Source of the DNA: Acidimicrobiales bacterium
Lineage (GTDB): Bacteria > Actinomycetota > Acidimicrobiia > Acidimicrobiales > SZUA-35
DNA: 64,000 bases
NCBI GenBank assembly: GCA_024638815.1
Contig: JAHEJM010000005.1
Span: 27,040 to 91,039, forward strand
Reading direction: 5' to 3'
The translations under genes and the position numbers were made by a program. Position 1 is the stretch's first letter. Each line of letters begins with the position of its first letter. Under the pieces are notes generated by a model, which searched no databases, was not told the DNA's origin, and saw nothing but the letters and a program-made list of their open reading frames with translations. Of the stretch, positions 46,355 to 56,543 are shown piece by piece.

Positions 46355-47181
46355 GATCGATCACCTCCGTGCTGCTCGGTGAACTCATCCAGCAACCGCT
46401 CGAACCGTCCCGCGATCTCCGACTCGCCCAGTTCTCGGTAGCCGTCGACGGTGATGGTGGCCACGATGGGGTAGATGCCCCTCATGCTGTCGGGGCCGCC
46501 GGTGGCCGAATCCTCATCGGCCGCGGCGAACAGGGCTTGGATCATCAGATCGATCGCCTGATCCTCGGTGTTCGAGTCCCGATGGCCCATCTTGATGACG
46601 GTCCGGGCGAAGAGGCTCCCCGAGCCCGAAGCCACGAAGTCCTCCTCTTCATAACGACCGCCGGTCACGTCATAGGCGAACAAACGACCGTAGCCCCGGC
46701 GACGATCGAATCCGGCGAAAAGGGGAACGACGACAAAACCCTGCATCGCCGCCGGGAGGTGACCACGGACCATCTGCGACAGCTGGTTGGCCTTGCCCTC
46801 GAGGGACAAGGGATGACCCTCCACCTTCTCGTAGTGCTCCAGCTGAAGCTGGAACATCTTCACCATCTCCACAGCCGGCCCGGCGGCCCCGGCGATTGCC
46901 ACACCCGACCACTTGTCGGCCGGGAACACTTTCGTCAGGTTACGGTGGCTGATGAGGTTGCCGGCCGTGGCCCGACGGTCACCGGCGATCACCACGCCAT
47001 TGCCGTATTTTGACGCCACCACGGTGGTGCCATGGGCGATCTCGGGGAGACGATCGGCCCCACCGGCCACCATCCCGCTTCCGGCGTCGGCGAGCGGCAC
47101 CATGCGGTGATCCAGGTGACCAAGCAAACCGGCAAAGTTCGGGCCCGGGTCGTCCCAGGGTTTGAACACAGGGAGGGTCAT
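46351..47181 (-). CDS. prcB: proteasome subunit beta (with propeptide)
   Basis: The propeptide is followed by HG/TTVVASKYGNGVVIAGDRRAT, which carries the catalytic Thr1. Confidence 0.9.
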   Translation of the reverse strand: MTLPVFKPWDDPGPNFAGLLGHLDHRMVPLADAGSGMVAGGADRLPEIAHGTTVVASKYGNGVVIAGDRRATAGNLISHRNLTKVFPADKWSGVAIAGAAGPAVEMVKMFQLQLEHYEKVEGHPLSLEGKANQLSQMVRGHLPAAMQGFVVVPLFAGFDRRRGYGRLFAYDVTGGRYEEEDFVASGSGSLFARTVIKMGHRDSNTEDQAIDLMIQALFAAADEDSATGGPDSMRGIYPIVATITVDGYRELGESEIAGRFERLLDEFTEQHGGDRS

Positions 47182-47241
47182 ACGCCGGTCAGCCTACAGG
47201 ACGTCGCAGCACTCGACCGCGGCTTTGATGGTAGGCAACGC

Positions 47242-47436
47242 CTACTGCCCGCCCTTTTGGATGTAGCTCTTGACGAAGTCCTCGGCGTTGGTCTCCAACA
47301 CGTCGTCGATCTCGTCGAGCAGGTCGTCGAGTTCGGCCTTGAGGGCCTCGCCGGACTCGGAGCCGGCCGGGACCTCGTCGACCTCCTGGTCCTGTTCCTT
47401 GGGGCTTGTTTTCTTGATCTGCTCTCGCTCGGCCAT
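47242..47436 (-). CDS. pup: prokaryotic ubiquitin-like protein Pup
   Basis: 64 aa from the ATG at 47436 (AAGGAGGA upstream). The protein is acidic and ends [12 protein letters not shown], the C-terminal GGQ motif. Confidence 0.9.
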   Translation of the reverse strand: MAEREQIKKTSPKEQDQEVDEVPAGSESGEALKAELDDLLDEIDDVLETNAEDFVKSYIQKGGQ

Positions 47437-47600
47437 TATCGTCCTCCTTGCGTGCGGCGAACTCGCCGGGGGGGAATCGGCGACCACCGCCTGTCGGTCC
47501 CGGGCAAGCCCATCAGCTGGGTCTAACGCGGGGCCGTATGGGGTTTGTCGTAGTCGGCTTGGTTCTCGGTCTTTGGTGCGATCGTACTACCTGAGTGTAA

Positions 47601-49115
47601 TTATGCTCCAAGCTTGTCGAGCAATTCGGACACCGTTTCACTTTCATCCAGAATAGCTCCGACGTGGTGCTCGGTGCCTCGCGTCGGCTCCAGCATGGGC
47701 ACTCGGCGCAGCGGGTCGGCGCCGACATCGAACACGATCGAATCCCAGTTGGCAGCTATTACGCTGTCGGCGAACTTCTGGAGGCATCGGCCCCGAAAGT
47801 AGGCCCGGGTATCGGGAGGAGGCTCGGTCACGGCCCGGGCGGCGTCATCATCGGCGACCACAGCCTCCAGGCCGGCGCGGGCGGCCAGAGACTTTGAAGG
47901 CCGGAGATCGTGGTACTGCAAGTCAAGAGCCCGGAGCCGATGATCGTCCCAGTCGCAATCGTGGCGATCCATGAAACCGGTCAGCAGCCGATGCTTGGCC
48001 ACCCAATCGACCCAGTGGGCAATCGAGGACGGATCGGTCTCCAACCCGTTGAGCACCTGCTCCCATCGCTCCAGGACCAGTTTCCCGCACTCCTCCCCCA
48101 CCGACTCCAGGCCATGGCGATCGGCCCAACTCCGGGCCTGCTGAAGCAGGCTCCATTGGATCTCCAGCGAGGTCGCCGTCCTGCCGTCGTCCAGTGTCAG
48201 AGGCTCGGCCAGGGACAGATCGTGGCTGACGGCATGCATGGCCTGAACCGGGTTACGGATCAGGATCTGCTCGTCGTAGGCACCGTCCTCCAACATGGCG
48301 AACACGATGGCCGTGGTGCCCACCTTCAACAGGGTCGCCATCTGCGCCATGTTGGCATCGCCGGCGATGACGTGGAGTCGACGGTACTTCTGGCTGTCGG
48401 CGTGGGGCTCGTCCCGAGTGTTGACGATGGGACGCTTGAGCGTGGTCTCCAGCCCCACCTCCTCCTCGAAGTGTTCGGCCCGCTGAGTCAGCTGGTAGGG
48501 GATCTCGGCCGAGGTCATTCCCGGCAGCTCGCTGCCCACCTTGCCCGAGCCAGTGAACACCTGACGGGTCACGAAATGGGTGGTGGCGGTGTGGATTATC
48601 TGACCGAATGGCAGATTACGATCAAGCAGGTAGTTCTCGTGGCAACCGTAGGCGTTGCCCTTGCGGTCGCTGTTGTCCTTGTAGATCACGATCTCCTGCC
48701 CCGGGGGCAGGGCGGCGGCGGCCGCCTTCATCGAATCGACCAGGATCATCTCGGCCGCCCGGTCGTAGAGCACTACCGAGAGCGCGTCTCGGCACTCGGG
48801 GGTGGACAGCTCGGGATGGGCATGGTCGACGTAGTACCGGGCGCCATTGGTCAGCACGGCATTGACCAGATGGGTCTCCACCTCCGGCGGCATGGCGTAG
48901 TCCGGTGCCAGCATGTCACGGGCATCAACTCCCGGGGTCTCGTCGATGAAGTCCCAGGCGATCGGCGCGGTTCGGTCGTCGAGGCCGCCCACCTCGGAAC
49001 CGACATAGGCGTTGATCAGCAACGACGAGGCGGAAACCGGGTTCCATTCATTGGTCCCGCGGACCATGATGCCAAACTCGGTCTCGATTCCTACTACTTT
49101 CGGTATTGCCATCAT
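47601..49115 (-). CDS. dop: Pup deamidase/depupylase Dop
   Basis: It reads MMAIPKVVGIETEFG...GARYYVDHAHPELSTPEC. The gene lies between arc and pup. The second ATG at 49112 is equally possible. Confidence 0.9.
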   Translation of the reverse strand: MMAIPKVVGIETEFGIMVRGTNEWNPVSASSLLINAYVGSEVGGLDDRTAPIAWDFIDETPGVDARDMLAPDYAMPPEVETHLVNAVLTNGARYYVDHAHPELSTPECRDALSVVLYDRAAEMILVDSMKAAAAALPPGQEIVIYKDNSDRKGNAYGCHENYLLDRNLPFGQIIHTATTHFVTRQVFTGSGKVGSELPGMTSAEIPYQLTQRAEHFEEEVGLETTLKRPIVNTRDEPHADSQKYRRLHVIAGDANMAQMATLLKVGTTAIVFAMLEDGAYDEQILIRNPVQAMHAVSHDLSLAEPLTLDDGRTATSLEIQWSLLQQARSWADRHGLESVGEECGKLVLERWEQVLNGLETDPSSIAHWVDWVAKHRLLTGFMDRHDCDWDDHRLRALDLQYHDLRPSKSLAARAGLEAVVADDDAARAVTEPPPDTRAYFRGRCLQKFADSVIAANWDSIVFDVGADPLRRVPMLEPTRGTEHHVGAILDESETVSELLDKLGA

Positions 49116-49221
49116 TCCCCCGAGGCACGCAGCGGCGCGTGGTTGGTGAGTTCGCGAACCCACAGGTTACGGCAGGCGGGGAAACGTTTCGAGGTCATTG
49201 GACGAGGGTCGGCTCCGACGG

Positions 49222-51000
49222 TCACAGGTATTGACCGGTGGCGACCTGTTCGATGGCACGACCTCCGGTCTTGTCCTGACCGGCCGGCCCGACAAGGGTA
49301 CGGACGTAGACGATCCGTTCGCCCTTCTTGCCCGAGATCTTGGCCCAATCGTCGGGGTTGGTGGTGTTGGGCAGGTCCTCGTGCTCCTTGTACTCCTGGG
49401 TCACCGAAGTCAGCAGATCCTCGGTCTTGATGCCCTTTTCGTCACTGTCAAGGAACCGTTTGATGGCCAGCTTCTTGGCCCGGCGGACGATGTTCTCGAT
49501 CATGGCCCCCGAGGCGAAGTCCCGGAAGTACAGGATCTCCTTGTCGCCGTTCTGGTAGGTGACCTCGAGGAATCGGGTGTCGTCGTCGGCCCGATACATG
49601 AACTCCACGGTCTTGTCGATCATCATGGCCAGCGCCGCCTCCAACTCCACGTTGTTGCGGACCTCCTCCTCATGAATCGGCAAGTCCTTGGTCAGGTAGT
49701 TGGCGAAGATGGAGTGGGCGGCCTCCGGATCGGGACGTTCGATCTTGATCTTCACGTCCAGGCGGCCCGGACGGAGAATGGCGGGATCGATCAGGTCTTC
49801 CCGGTTGGAGGCACCGATGACAATGACGTTCTTGAGCGTCTCCACCCCGTCGATCTCGGCCAGGAGCTGGGGCACGATCGTGCTCTCGATGTCGGAACTG
49901 ATGCCGCTGCCTCGAGTCCGGAACAGCGACTCCATTTCGTCGAAGAAGATGATGACCGGCCACCCCTCCTCCGACTTCTCCCGGGCTCGTTGGAAGATGA
50001 GGCGGATCTGGCGCTCGGTTTCGCCCACGTACTTGTTGAGAAGTTCCGGGCCCTTGATGTTGAGGAAGAAACTGCGACGCTCATGGTCGCCGGAGAGCTC
50101 GCTGACCTTCTTGGCCAGCGAGTTGGCAACCGCCTTGGCGATCAGGGTCTTCCCGCAGCCCGGTGGACCGTAGAGCAGGATGCCCTTGGGCGCCGGCAGC
50201 TGGTGTTCGGCAAACAGGTCGGCATGAAGGAACGGCAGCTCAACCGCATCGACAATGGTCTCGATCTGGTCGTCGAGGCCGCCGATGTCTTCATAGCTGA
50301 CATCGGGAACCTCCTCCAGAACCAGATCCTCCACCTCGGCCTTCGGCAGCTTCTCCACCAGCACCGAGGAGCGCCCGTCCAGGAGCATCGAGTCGCCGGC
50401 CCTGACACCGGTGCCGATGAGGTATTCGGCCAGCTCGACCACCCGCTCCTCGTCGGCTCGGCCAACGATGAAGGCCCGAGTGCCGTCGTGGAACATCTCC
50501 TTGACCGTCACCACCTCACCCGAACGTTCGGGTGAACGAACCATGACCACGTTCAGCGACTCGTTGAGCACCACTTCGGCACCGCGAACGAGTTCGTCAT
50601 CCTCGATGGAGGGATGGATCTCGACCCGCATCTTGCGCCCACTGGAATAGACGTCGGCGGTGCCGTCATCGTTGCCGCCGAGGAAGGTGCCATAGGCGCT
50701 GGGCGGCTGGGTGAGTTTGTCGACCTCCTCCCGCAGGGCGGCGATCTGGTCCCGAGCCTCCCTCAAGGTATAGGTCAGCTTCTCGTTCTGGCTCACGGCT
50801 TGAGCCAACTGGCCTTTGGTATCGAGCAGTCGTTCCTCGAGGGTACGGACCCGCTTCGGTGCATCTTGAAGGCGGCGACGAAGGGTTACGACCTCCTCTT
50901 CCATCGCCGTGAGCTGCGTTTGCAGCTCAGCCATCCCGGTCTGGTATTCGTTCAGGCGCCGTTCGTAGTCGGAAGTCTCGACGACAACCACCTCCTGCAA
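49222..51000 (-). CDS. arc: proteasome-associated AAA ATPase (Mpa/ARC)
   Basis: It has an N-terminal coiled coil, Walker A GPPGCGKT, Walker [11 protein letters not shown] and the C-terminal GQYL proteasome-docking motif. Start is uncertain (TTG 51000 or GTG 50991). Confidence 0.9.
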   Translation of the reverse strand: MQEVVVVETSDYERRLNEYQTGMAELQTQLTAMEEEVVTLRRRLQDAPKRVRTLEERLLDTKGQLAQAVSQNEKLTYTLREARDQIAALREEVDKLTQPPSAYGTFLGGNDDGTADVYSSGRKMRVEIHPSIEDDELVRGAEVVLNESLNVVMVRSPERSGEVVTVKEMFHDGTRAFIVGRADEERVVELAEYLIGTGVRAGDSMLLDGRSSVLVEKLPKAEVEDLVLEEVPDVSYEDIGGLDDQIETIVDAVELPFLHADLFAEHQLPAPKGILLYGPPGCGKTLIAKAVANSLAKKVSELSGDHERRSFFLNIKGPELLNKYVGETERQIRLIFQRAREKSEEGWPVIIFFDEMESLFRTRGSGISSDIESTIVPQLLAEIDGVETLKNVIVIGASNREDLIDPAILRPGRLDVKIKIERPDPEAAHSIFANYLTKDLPIHEEEVRNNVELEAALAMMIDKTVEFMYRADDDTRFLEVTYQNGDKEILYFRDFASGAMIENIVRRAKKLAIKRFLDSDEKGIKTEDLLTSVTQEYKEHEDLPNTTNPDDWAKISGKKGERIVYVRTLVGPAGQDKTGGRAIEQVATGQYL

Positions 51001-51141
51001 GAACTGTCTAAGCCGGACCCTACACCCACCATCGGCCGAATGCCGAATGCATCAAGCGGACTTGTCGGCACGACGCCATCGCGATGGGTGGCGGTCGAGC
51101 GGAGGCAGGCGCAGCAGAGGTGGGGGCGACGGTCCATGGTT

Positions 51142-53376
51142 CTACGTTGATAAACCAACAACCTGAGCGATGTATGCCATGATTCTGGCCTCCTCCCGCC
51201 AGGCGTCGTAGCGCCCGGAGGGCCCGCCGTGCCCCGAGTCGAGGTCGGTCCACAGCAGGATAGGTGCGTCCGAGGTGGTGTGGCGCCGGAGTTCCTGGAC
51301 CCACTTCGCCGCTTCCCAGTAGCTGACCCTGGTGTCGTTGAGCCCGGCCGTGGCCAACACCGACGGATAGGGTTGCTCGGTCACGTTGTCGATCGGCGAG
51401 TAGGCCCTCATCACCCGGTACGCCTCGGGGTCGTTGGCTGGATTCCCCCACTCCTCCCACTCGGTGACCGTCAGGGGCAGGTTCGCATTGAGCATCGTGG
51501 TCAGCATGTCGACGAACGGCACTTGGGCCACGATCCCGGAGAACATGCCCGGTTGCCGGTTCACAACCGCACCGGCCATCAGCCCACCGGCCGATCCACC
51601 TCGGAGCACCAGCTGGTCGGGCGAGGTCAGGCCGGCATCGATCAGTGTCCGGGCGGCGGCGATCACATCGGTGAAGGTATTCGGCTTGTTGGTCAGCTTC
51701 CCGTCCAGATACCAGCGCCGTCCCATCTCGCCGCCTCCCCGAGCGTGGGCGATGGCGAACCCGCAGCCTCGATCCAGAATCGACAGACGGGCGGCCGAGA
51801 ACACGGGGTCGCTCGAGGCCTCGTAGGCGCCATAGGCGTAGAGCACATAGGGCCCCGGTCGACCAATGGGTCGATCGCGGCGATGAACGATGCTGACCGG
51901 CACCGCCACACCGTCGGAGTCGGCCCACAGCCGCCGGGTCTCGTACCGCTCGGGGTCGAAGTCGCCCAAGACCTCCTGTTGCTTGATCAGGTGGCGTTGG
52001 CCGGTATCGGGGTCGAAGAGGAACACCGACGGTGGGGTCACCATCGACGAGTAGCCATAACGCATCAGCGTCGAGTCGTAGTCGGGATTGGCCCCGGGCC
52101 AGCTGGTCGAGACCTCCTCCGGTTGTTCGACGGTCATCCAACGCCCGGTCTCCCACAATCGAAGCCGGATCCGAGTCGACCCGCCGGAACGTTCGAACAC
52201 CGCCAGCTGATGTCGGGAGACATCGAGGCCCGAGATCGTGACGTCATCGGATCCGGGAACGAGCTCCCGCCAGTTGTCGGGGCCGGGATCGTTCTCCGGG
52301 GCGATGACCACTCGGAAGTTCTCCGCCCCGTCGTTCGTGTGGATGACGAACTGGTCACCATGATGGGCCACCGAGTACTCGATGCCCTGGTGGCGGGGGC
52401 GGATCACTCGGGGCTCGGCCAACGGTTCATCGGCTGGAAAAATCCAGACCTCGTCGGTGATCTTGGACGATGCCGAGATCTGGATGTACGAGTCGTCCTT
52501 GTCCCTGCCCACGGCAACGAAGAACCGCTCGTCGGGCTCGTCGAAAACCAAGACATCGTCACCGGCCCGGGTTCCCACCTGATGTCGCCATACCTGGTGG
52601 GGTCGGTTGGCCTCGTCGTTGCGGACGTAGAAGAAATGCTGGTTGTCCATGGCCCAGGCCGAGCCGTAGCCGACGTCATCGATGCCCTCATGGTGGTCCT
52701 GGCCCCGCTCCAGGTCCCGGACCACGATGGTGAACCGTTCGTCCCCGGTCCGGTCGTAGGCCCACAGCAGCCGACGATGATCGGGCGAGATCTCGAACAC
52801 CCCGACGTCGAAGAACGGCCCGTCACCGGCCTCGATGTTCTCGTCCAGCAGCACCTGCTCAGCTACGTGGCCGGCGTCGAAACGATCGGTGTCGCCCAAC
52901 ACTTGGGCCAATGATTCGGCGTCGACTCCGACACCCACAACATCGCCGATCGACGACAATGGTCGACGGCAGCTGATGGCGTAGTCCAGGCCCTCCACAC
53001 TCCGGGAGTAGTAGATCCACTCGTCCTTGATCACCGGCACCGACATGTCGGTTTCCTTCACCCGGCTCTTGATCTCGTGGAACAGTCGGTCCTGGAGTTC
53101 GACCACCGGGGTCATGACCTGCTCGGTGTATCGATTCTCGGCCCTCAGGTGCTCGAGCACAGCCTGCGACTGACGATCCTCCAGCCACCGATAGCTGTCG
53201 ACCACGGTGTCGGACCACACCGTTCGCTCCACCGGAACACGTTCGGCCATGGGAGGCTTGCTCGGAGAGCCCTGATCACGGGTCGTCTCCTGAGGGGCCG
53301 GGGCGGACACGGATTTCGATGCAGGGTTCGACACTGGATTGAGCTTAGACTCCGAAACCCGGCTTCTACGTCGCAT
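51142..53376 (-). CDS. ptrB: S9 family serine peptidase, oligopeptidase B-like
   Basis: The N-terminus reads PPMAERVPVERTVWSDTVVDSYRWLED. The catalytic Ser is in GGSAGGLMAG, and the Asp/His region is DLDSGHGG. I chose the ATG at 53376. The track ORF (1036 aa) extends antisense through the phosphatase gene. Confidence 0.8.
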   Translation of the reverse strand: MRRRSRVSESKLNPVSNPASKSVSAPAPQETTRDQGSPSKPPMAERVPVERTVWSDTVVDSYRWLEDRQSQAVLEHLRAENRYTEQVMTPVVELQDRLFHEIKSRVKETDMSVPVIKDEWIYYSRSVEGLDYAISCRRPLSSIGDVVGVGVDAESLAQVLGDTDRFDAGHVAEQVLLDENIEAGDGPFFDVGVFEISPDHRRLLWAYDRTGDERFTIVVRDLERGQDHHEGIDDVGYGSAWAMDNQHFFYVRNDEANRPHQVWRHQVGTRAGDDVLVFDEPDERFFVAVGRDKDDSYIQISASSKITDEVWIFPADEPLAEPRVIRPRHQGIEYSVAHHGDQFVIHTNDGAENFRVVIAPENDPGPDNWRELVPGSDDVTISGLDVSRHQLAVFERSGGSTRIRLRLWETGRWMTVEQPEEVSTSWPGANPDYDSTLMRYGYSSMVTPPSVFLFDPDTGQRHLIKQQEVLGDFDPERYETRRLWADSDGVAVPVSIVHRRDRPIGRPGPYVLYAYGAYEASSDPVFSAARLSILDRGCGFAIAHARGGGEMGRRWYLDGKLTNKPNTFTDVIAAARTLIDAGLTSPDQLVLRGGSAGGLMAGAVVNRQPGMFSGIVAQVPFVDMLTTMLNANLPLTVTEWEEWGNPANDPEAYRVMRAYSPIDNVTEQPYPSVLATAGLNDTRVSYWEAAKWVQELRRHTTSDAPILLWTDLDSGHGGPSGRYDAWREEARIMAYIAQVVGLST

Positions 53377-53439
53377 TCGTACTCGATCTCCATCCTCGGC
53401 AGTCCAGGTGCGTTCTGACCGAGCGCACCTGCGGAAGCC

Positions 53440-54231
53440 TTGGCCGATCGACATGACCACTCCATAAACTCTGATCACGACAATCCGGTGTCCGACGGAA
53501 CTCCATTGACCAGCTATCCCCAGGGCTTCTTCGTACCCAACGCCGGGTCGTGCCAGGTTCTGCTGATCCGGCACGGCCAGAGCGAGGCCTACGTCTCCGG
53601 TAACCCCTTTCCCCTGATCGACGGTCACGGCAACCCCCGGCTGACCGAGCTGGGCCGGGCTCAGGCCCGCTGGGTGGGTGAGCGACTGCGGACCGAGCCC
53701 ATCGAAGCCATCTACATGTCGTCGTTGACCAGGACCCACGAGACGGCGGCTCCGCTGGCCCGTCATCTCGGCCTTACCCCCACGATCGTGCCCGATCTGC
53801 GTGAAGTGTTCCTGGGTGTGGCCGAGGGTGGCAGATTCCGGGAAATGGCGGCCACCAACCATCCGGCCGTGCAGCGGCTTCGACAGACCGGGGACTGGTC
53901 GGCCATACCCGGCGCCGAGTCCAATCAGCAATTTGCGGCCCGCACAGTGGCCGCCGTCCGATCGATCGCCGACAATCACCCCGACCAGATGGTGGCGGCA
54001 TTCTGCCACGGTGGCGTGATCAACGCCATCCTCAGTCACGCCATCGGCAGTGCTCGCCTGGCGTTCCACGGAGCCCGTCACACCTCGATCAACCACCTCG
54101 TGATCGAGCCGTCGGCCACAACCGAAATCGATGGGCCGGGCGATTCGGGACGGCATTCGGGCTGGATCGTGCGATCGTTCAACGACGGCGCCCACGCCGG
54201 AACCCTGGCCGGCGACCGCCCGATCGGATAA
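53440..54231 (+). CDS. histidine phosphatase (phosphoglycerate mutase-like) family protein
   Basis: It has the RHG motif in VLLIRHGQSE and the second His in AFCHGGVINA. The start is TTG 53440 or GTG 53488. Confidence 0.8.
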   Translation: MADRHDHSINSDHDNPVSDGTPLTSYPQGFFVPNAGSCQVLLIRHGQSEAYVSGNPFPLIDGHGNPRLTELGRAQARWVGERLRTEPIEAIYMSSLTRTHETAAPLARHLGLTPTIVPDLREVFLGVAEGGRFREMAATNHPAVQRLRQTGDWSAIPGAESNQQFAARTVAAVRSIADNHPDQMVAAFCHGGVINAILSHAIGSARLAFHGARHTSINHLVIEPSATTEIDGPGDSGRHSGWIVRSFNDGAHAGTLAGDRPIG

Positions 54232-54241
54232 TCCACCCAAC

Positions 54242-54286
54242 GGCCACCGCAATCAGAGGATTGCCACTAACCTTGGCCTGGTGGCC
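54242..54286 (+). terminator. nested hairpin 11 nt after the phosphatase stop (candidate terminator or structured element)
   Basis: The outer stem is GGCCACC...GGTGGCC (7 bp). It encloses the inner hairpin GCAATC-AGAG-GATTGC (6 bp). The downstream sequence has scattered T residues but no U-run. Confidence 0.3.
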
Positions 54287-54423
54287 ACGTAGGGTATTGT
54301 TAGCGGCACGCCTGGTGGTCAAACCGTCGTCGGCGGCCGACGGTTGCCCCTGGACAATCCAATCGCTCCGCCGCTGAACTGGACAACGACACCCAACGAT
54401 CGACAAAGGACCGGCTGGCCTCC

Positions 54424-55857
54424 GTGTTGTGGCGAGAACGATACAAGATGGCATCGGGGGCACTCTTATTCAGCGCGGCTCTGCTCGCCGTCCTGGACTA
54501 CGTGGCCCGGGAACCGTCGGAGCGAGGCCTCTCCATCCTGTATCTGGCCCTGGCGTTGGTGTTTGCCGGCATCTATGCCTACTTCACCGATTGGGACCGG
54601 CTGCCGGCGCTGTTTCGCCTCGCGCCTGCCCTCGCCTTTCTCGGAGCGATCGTCGCCTCCATCTTCTGGGCCAATACGGCCGGGACGCCTCACGCCGTCG
54701 TTGGCTTCGCCGCTGCCTCGGTCCTCATCCTGTCCTATGTCGGATTCGTGTTGCCACCGGGATCGGCCCTTCTGTTCAGCCCGTTCGTGATCGGCGTGGT
54801 CCTCCTGGCCAACCAGGTCGACGAGTTCCGGGTCGGCCTGGCTGTGCCCCTGATCGGGGTACCGGTCGCCGCCGCCATCGGCGAACTGGTTTCGGCCCTC
54901 GTCGACCGAAGCCTGCGAACGGCCCGGTGGTTCTCGTCCCGCACCGAACGGTTGGCCCGGCTCGATGACGTGTTGCGACGGTTCCGGCGACCGTCCTCGC
55001 TCCACGAGGCGGCCCATGAAGTGGCCCAGGCCGCTCAGGAGATCTTCCAGGCCGACCGAGCCACCGTGGTGCTTCGGGATGTGGTCGGAGGTCTGATTCC
55101 GGTCACTCTCGGCCCATACAGCAACGAGGACCCCGATCCGGAGACCGCCATGCTGGTGGCCGAGGCCATCGGCGGCGACGAGCCCCGACTGGTGCCCAAC
55201 GGTCGCCAGACCATGCTGGTCCTGCCCCTGCCGGCCGCCGACGTTCCCGCCGGCGCCGTCGTAGTCCATCCGGTCCCCAGCGAGGACCCGGCGTTCACCG
55301 TCGACCTGGCCCGCCTGTTCGGTACTCAGGTCGGCATCGCCATCGAACATCTATTCGTGATCAACCAGCTGGAGCGGGCCACGACCCGGGACGAGCTGAC
55401 CGGAATCGGTAACCGCCGCCACGCCGATGCCCTGATCAACTCGCTGGAGGATGGCGACGCTCTCATCCTCCTTGACCTCGACGGGTTCAAGGAGGTCAAC
55501 GACACCATGGGCCACGCCGCCGGTGACCAGGTGCTCCAGGACCTCAGCAACCATCTGCAGGAATGCCTGAGGGACTCCGACACCTCGGCCCGACTGGGAG
55601 GCGACGAGTTCCTGGTGGTGGCCCGCAGAGCCTTCGCCGATCCGGTTGCCGTGGCCCAGCGCATACTTCGAGGGTGGGCCCAGGCCGGCCGATCGACCAC
55701 GCTCAGCGCCGGTGTCGCCCTCCACGAATCGACGGTGGATGTGGCCGAGACCTTTGATCGGGCCGACCAGGCGCTCTACAGCGCCAAGTCGGCGGGCAAG
55801 AACCGGGCCCAGATGTGGGTGAACCCTCAGCGAGGCGCCGATCAGAGTCGCCGCTGA
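54424..55857 (+). CDS. membrane-anchored GAF-GGDEF diguanylate cyclase
   Basis: It has ~5 N-terminal TM segments and a central GAF-like region. The GGDEF domain carries the active motif RLGGDEFLVV and the I-site RDSD five residues upstream. An alternative start is the ATG at 54448. Confidence 0.85.
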   Translation: MLWRERYKMASGALLFSAALLAVLDYVAREPSERGLSILYLALALVFAGIYAYFTDWDRLPALFRLAPALAFLGAIVASIFWANTAGTPHAVVGFAAASVLILSYVGFVLPPGSALLFSPFVIGVVLLANQVDEFRVGLAVPLIGVPVAAAIGELVSALVDRSLRTARWFSSRTERLARLDDVLRRFRRPSSLHEAAHEVAQAAQEIFQADRATVVLRDVVGGLIPVTLGPYSNEDPDPETAMLVAEAIGGDEPRLVPNGRQTMLVLPLPAADVPAGAVVVHPVPSEDPAFTVDLARLFGTQVGIAIEHLFVINQLERATTRDELTGIGNRRHADALINSLEDGDALILLDLDGFKEVNDTMGHAAGDQVLQDLSNHLQECLRDSDTSARLGGDEFLVVARRAFADPVAVAQRILRGWAQAGRSTTLSAGVALHESTVDVAETFDRADQALYSAKSAGKNRAQMWVNPQRGADQSRR

Positions 55858-55917
55858 ACGGCTCGGCCCCCTGGGCACCGGCGGATGACCCTCGGAAAGG
55901 AACCGCGGCGACCCGAG

Positions 55918-56388
55918 CTAGGGGGTGTGCACGGCGATGTCGTCGTTCTCGTCCCGATCTCGAGTCTTGGGGTCCAGTTCGACGATCCTGGCGTCGACCT
56001 CATCCTTGAGGCCGGCCAGCGGCAGCACGTTCAGTACTCCTTGACCCTTGCGGACGAGGTCGATCAGTTCCTCGCCGCTCCGGGTCAGGACCGACGTCGA
56101 GCCGTGAATAACCAGGTTGGCCGATGCGATGTCCTCGCCCAGCTGCTCCCGCAGGTAGCTGAAGACTTCGCGAACCGACTCCAACTTGATACCGGCGTCC
56201 AGCAGGGTCTTGATGACCTTCAGCTCGAGCAGGTCCTTGTAGGAATAGCGCCGGCGTGATCCGGAACCGTGGGCGTCCGACACAGAGGGACGAAGCAGGT
56301 CGGTCCGTGCCCAATAGTCCAGCTGACGGTAGGTGATTCCGACGATCTCCGCCGTTCGCTTCCCGGAAAAACTCTCTTCTACCGACAT
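55918..56388 (-). CDS. MerR family transcriptional regulator
   Basis: The ATG at 56388 is preceded by GAGGAG at 7 nt. The HTH reads KRTAEIVGITYRQLDYWARTDLLRP. The track ORF's upstream 86 codons are the antisense reading of a tandem repeat (MMQCL repeats). Confidence 0.85.
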   Translation of the reverse strand: MSVEESFSGKRTAEIVGITYRQLDYWARTDLLRPSVSDAHGSGSRRRYSYKDLLELKVIKTLLDAGIKLESVREVFSYLREQLGEDIASANLVIHGSTSVLTRSGEELIDLVRKGQGVLNVLPLAGLKDEVDARIVELDPKTRDRDENDDIAVHTP

Positions 56389-56429
56389 GGTGGTGCTCCT
56401 CACGTCCTGACCTCGCCGTACCACGCTCT

Positions 56430-56455
56430 CGTAATTACGCGAGAACGTAATTACG
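56430..56455. promoter_or_regulatory. two copies of the 10-bp palindrome CGTAATTACG, 16 bp centre to centre (candidate operator)
   Basis: The copies lie at 56430-56439 and 56446-56455, 42-67 nt upstream of the MerR-family start in the divergent intergenic region. The AT-rich core stands out in a GC-rich background. GCGCGCGTAG / CGCGCGTAGCGCGCG repeats follow at 56492-56528. Confidence 0.4.
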
Positions 56456-56543
56456 GGCGAGGCATTTACTTGGGACCGATAGTAGTAAGATGCGCGCGTA
56501 GAGTCAACGAATTCGCGCGTAGCGCGCGGTTCGCTCACCGGGC

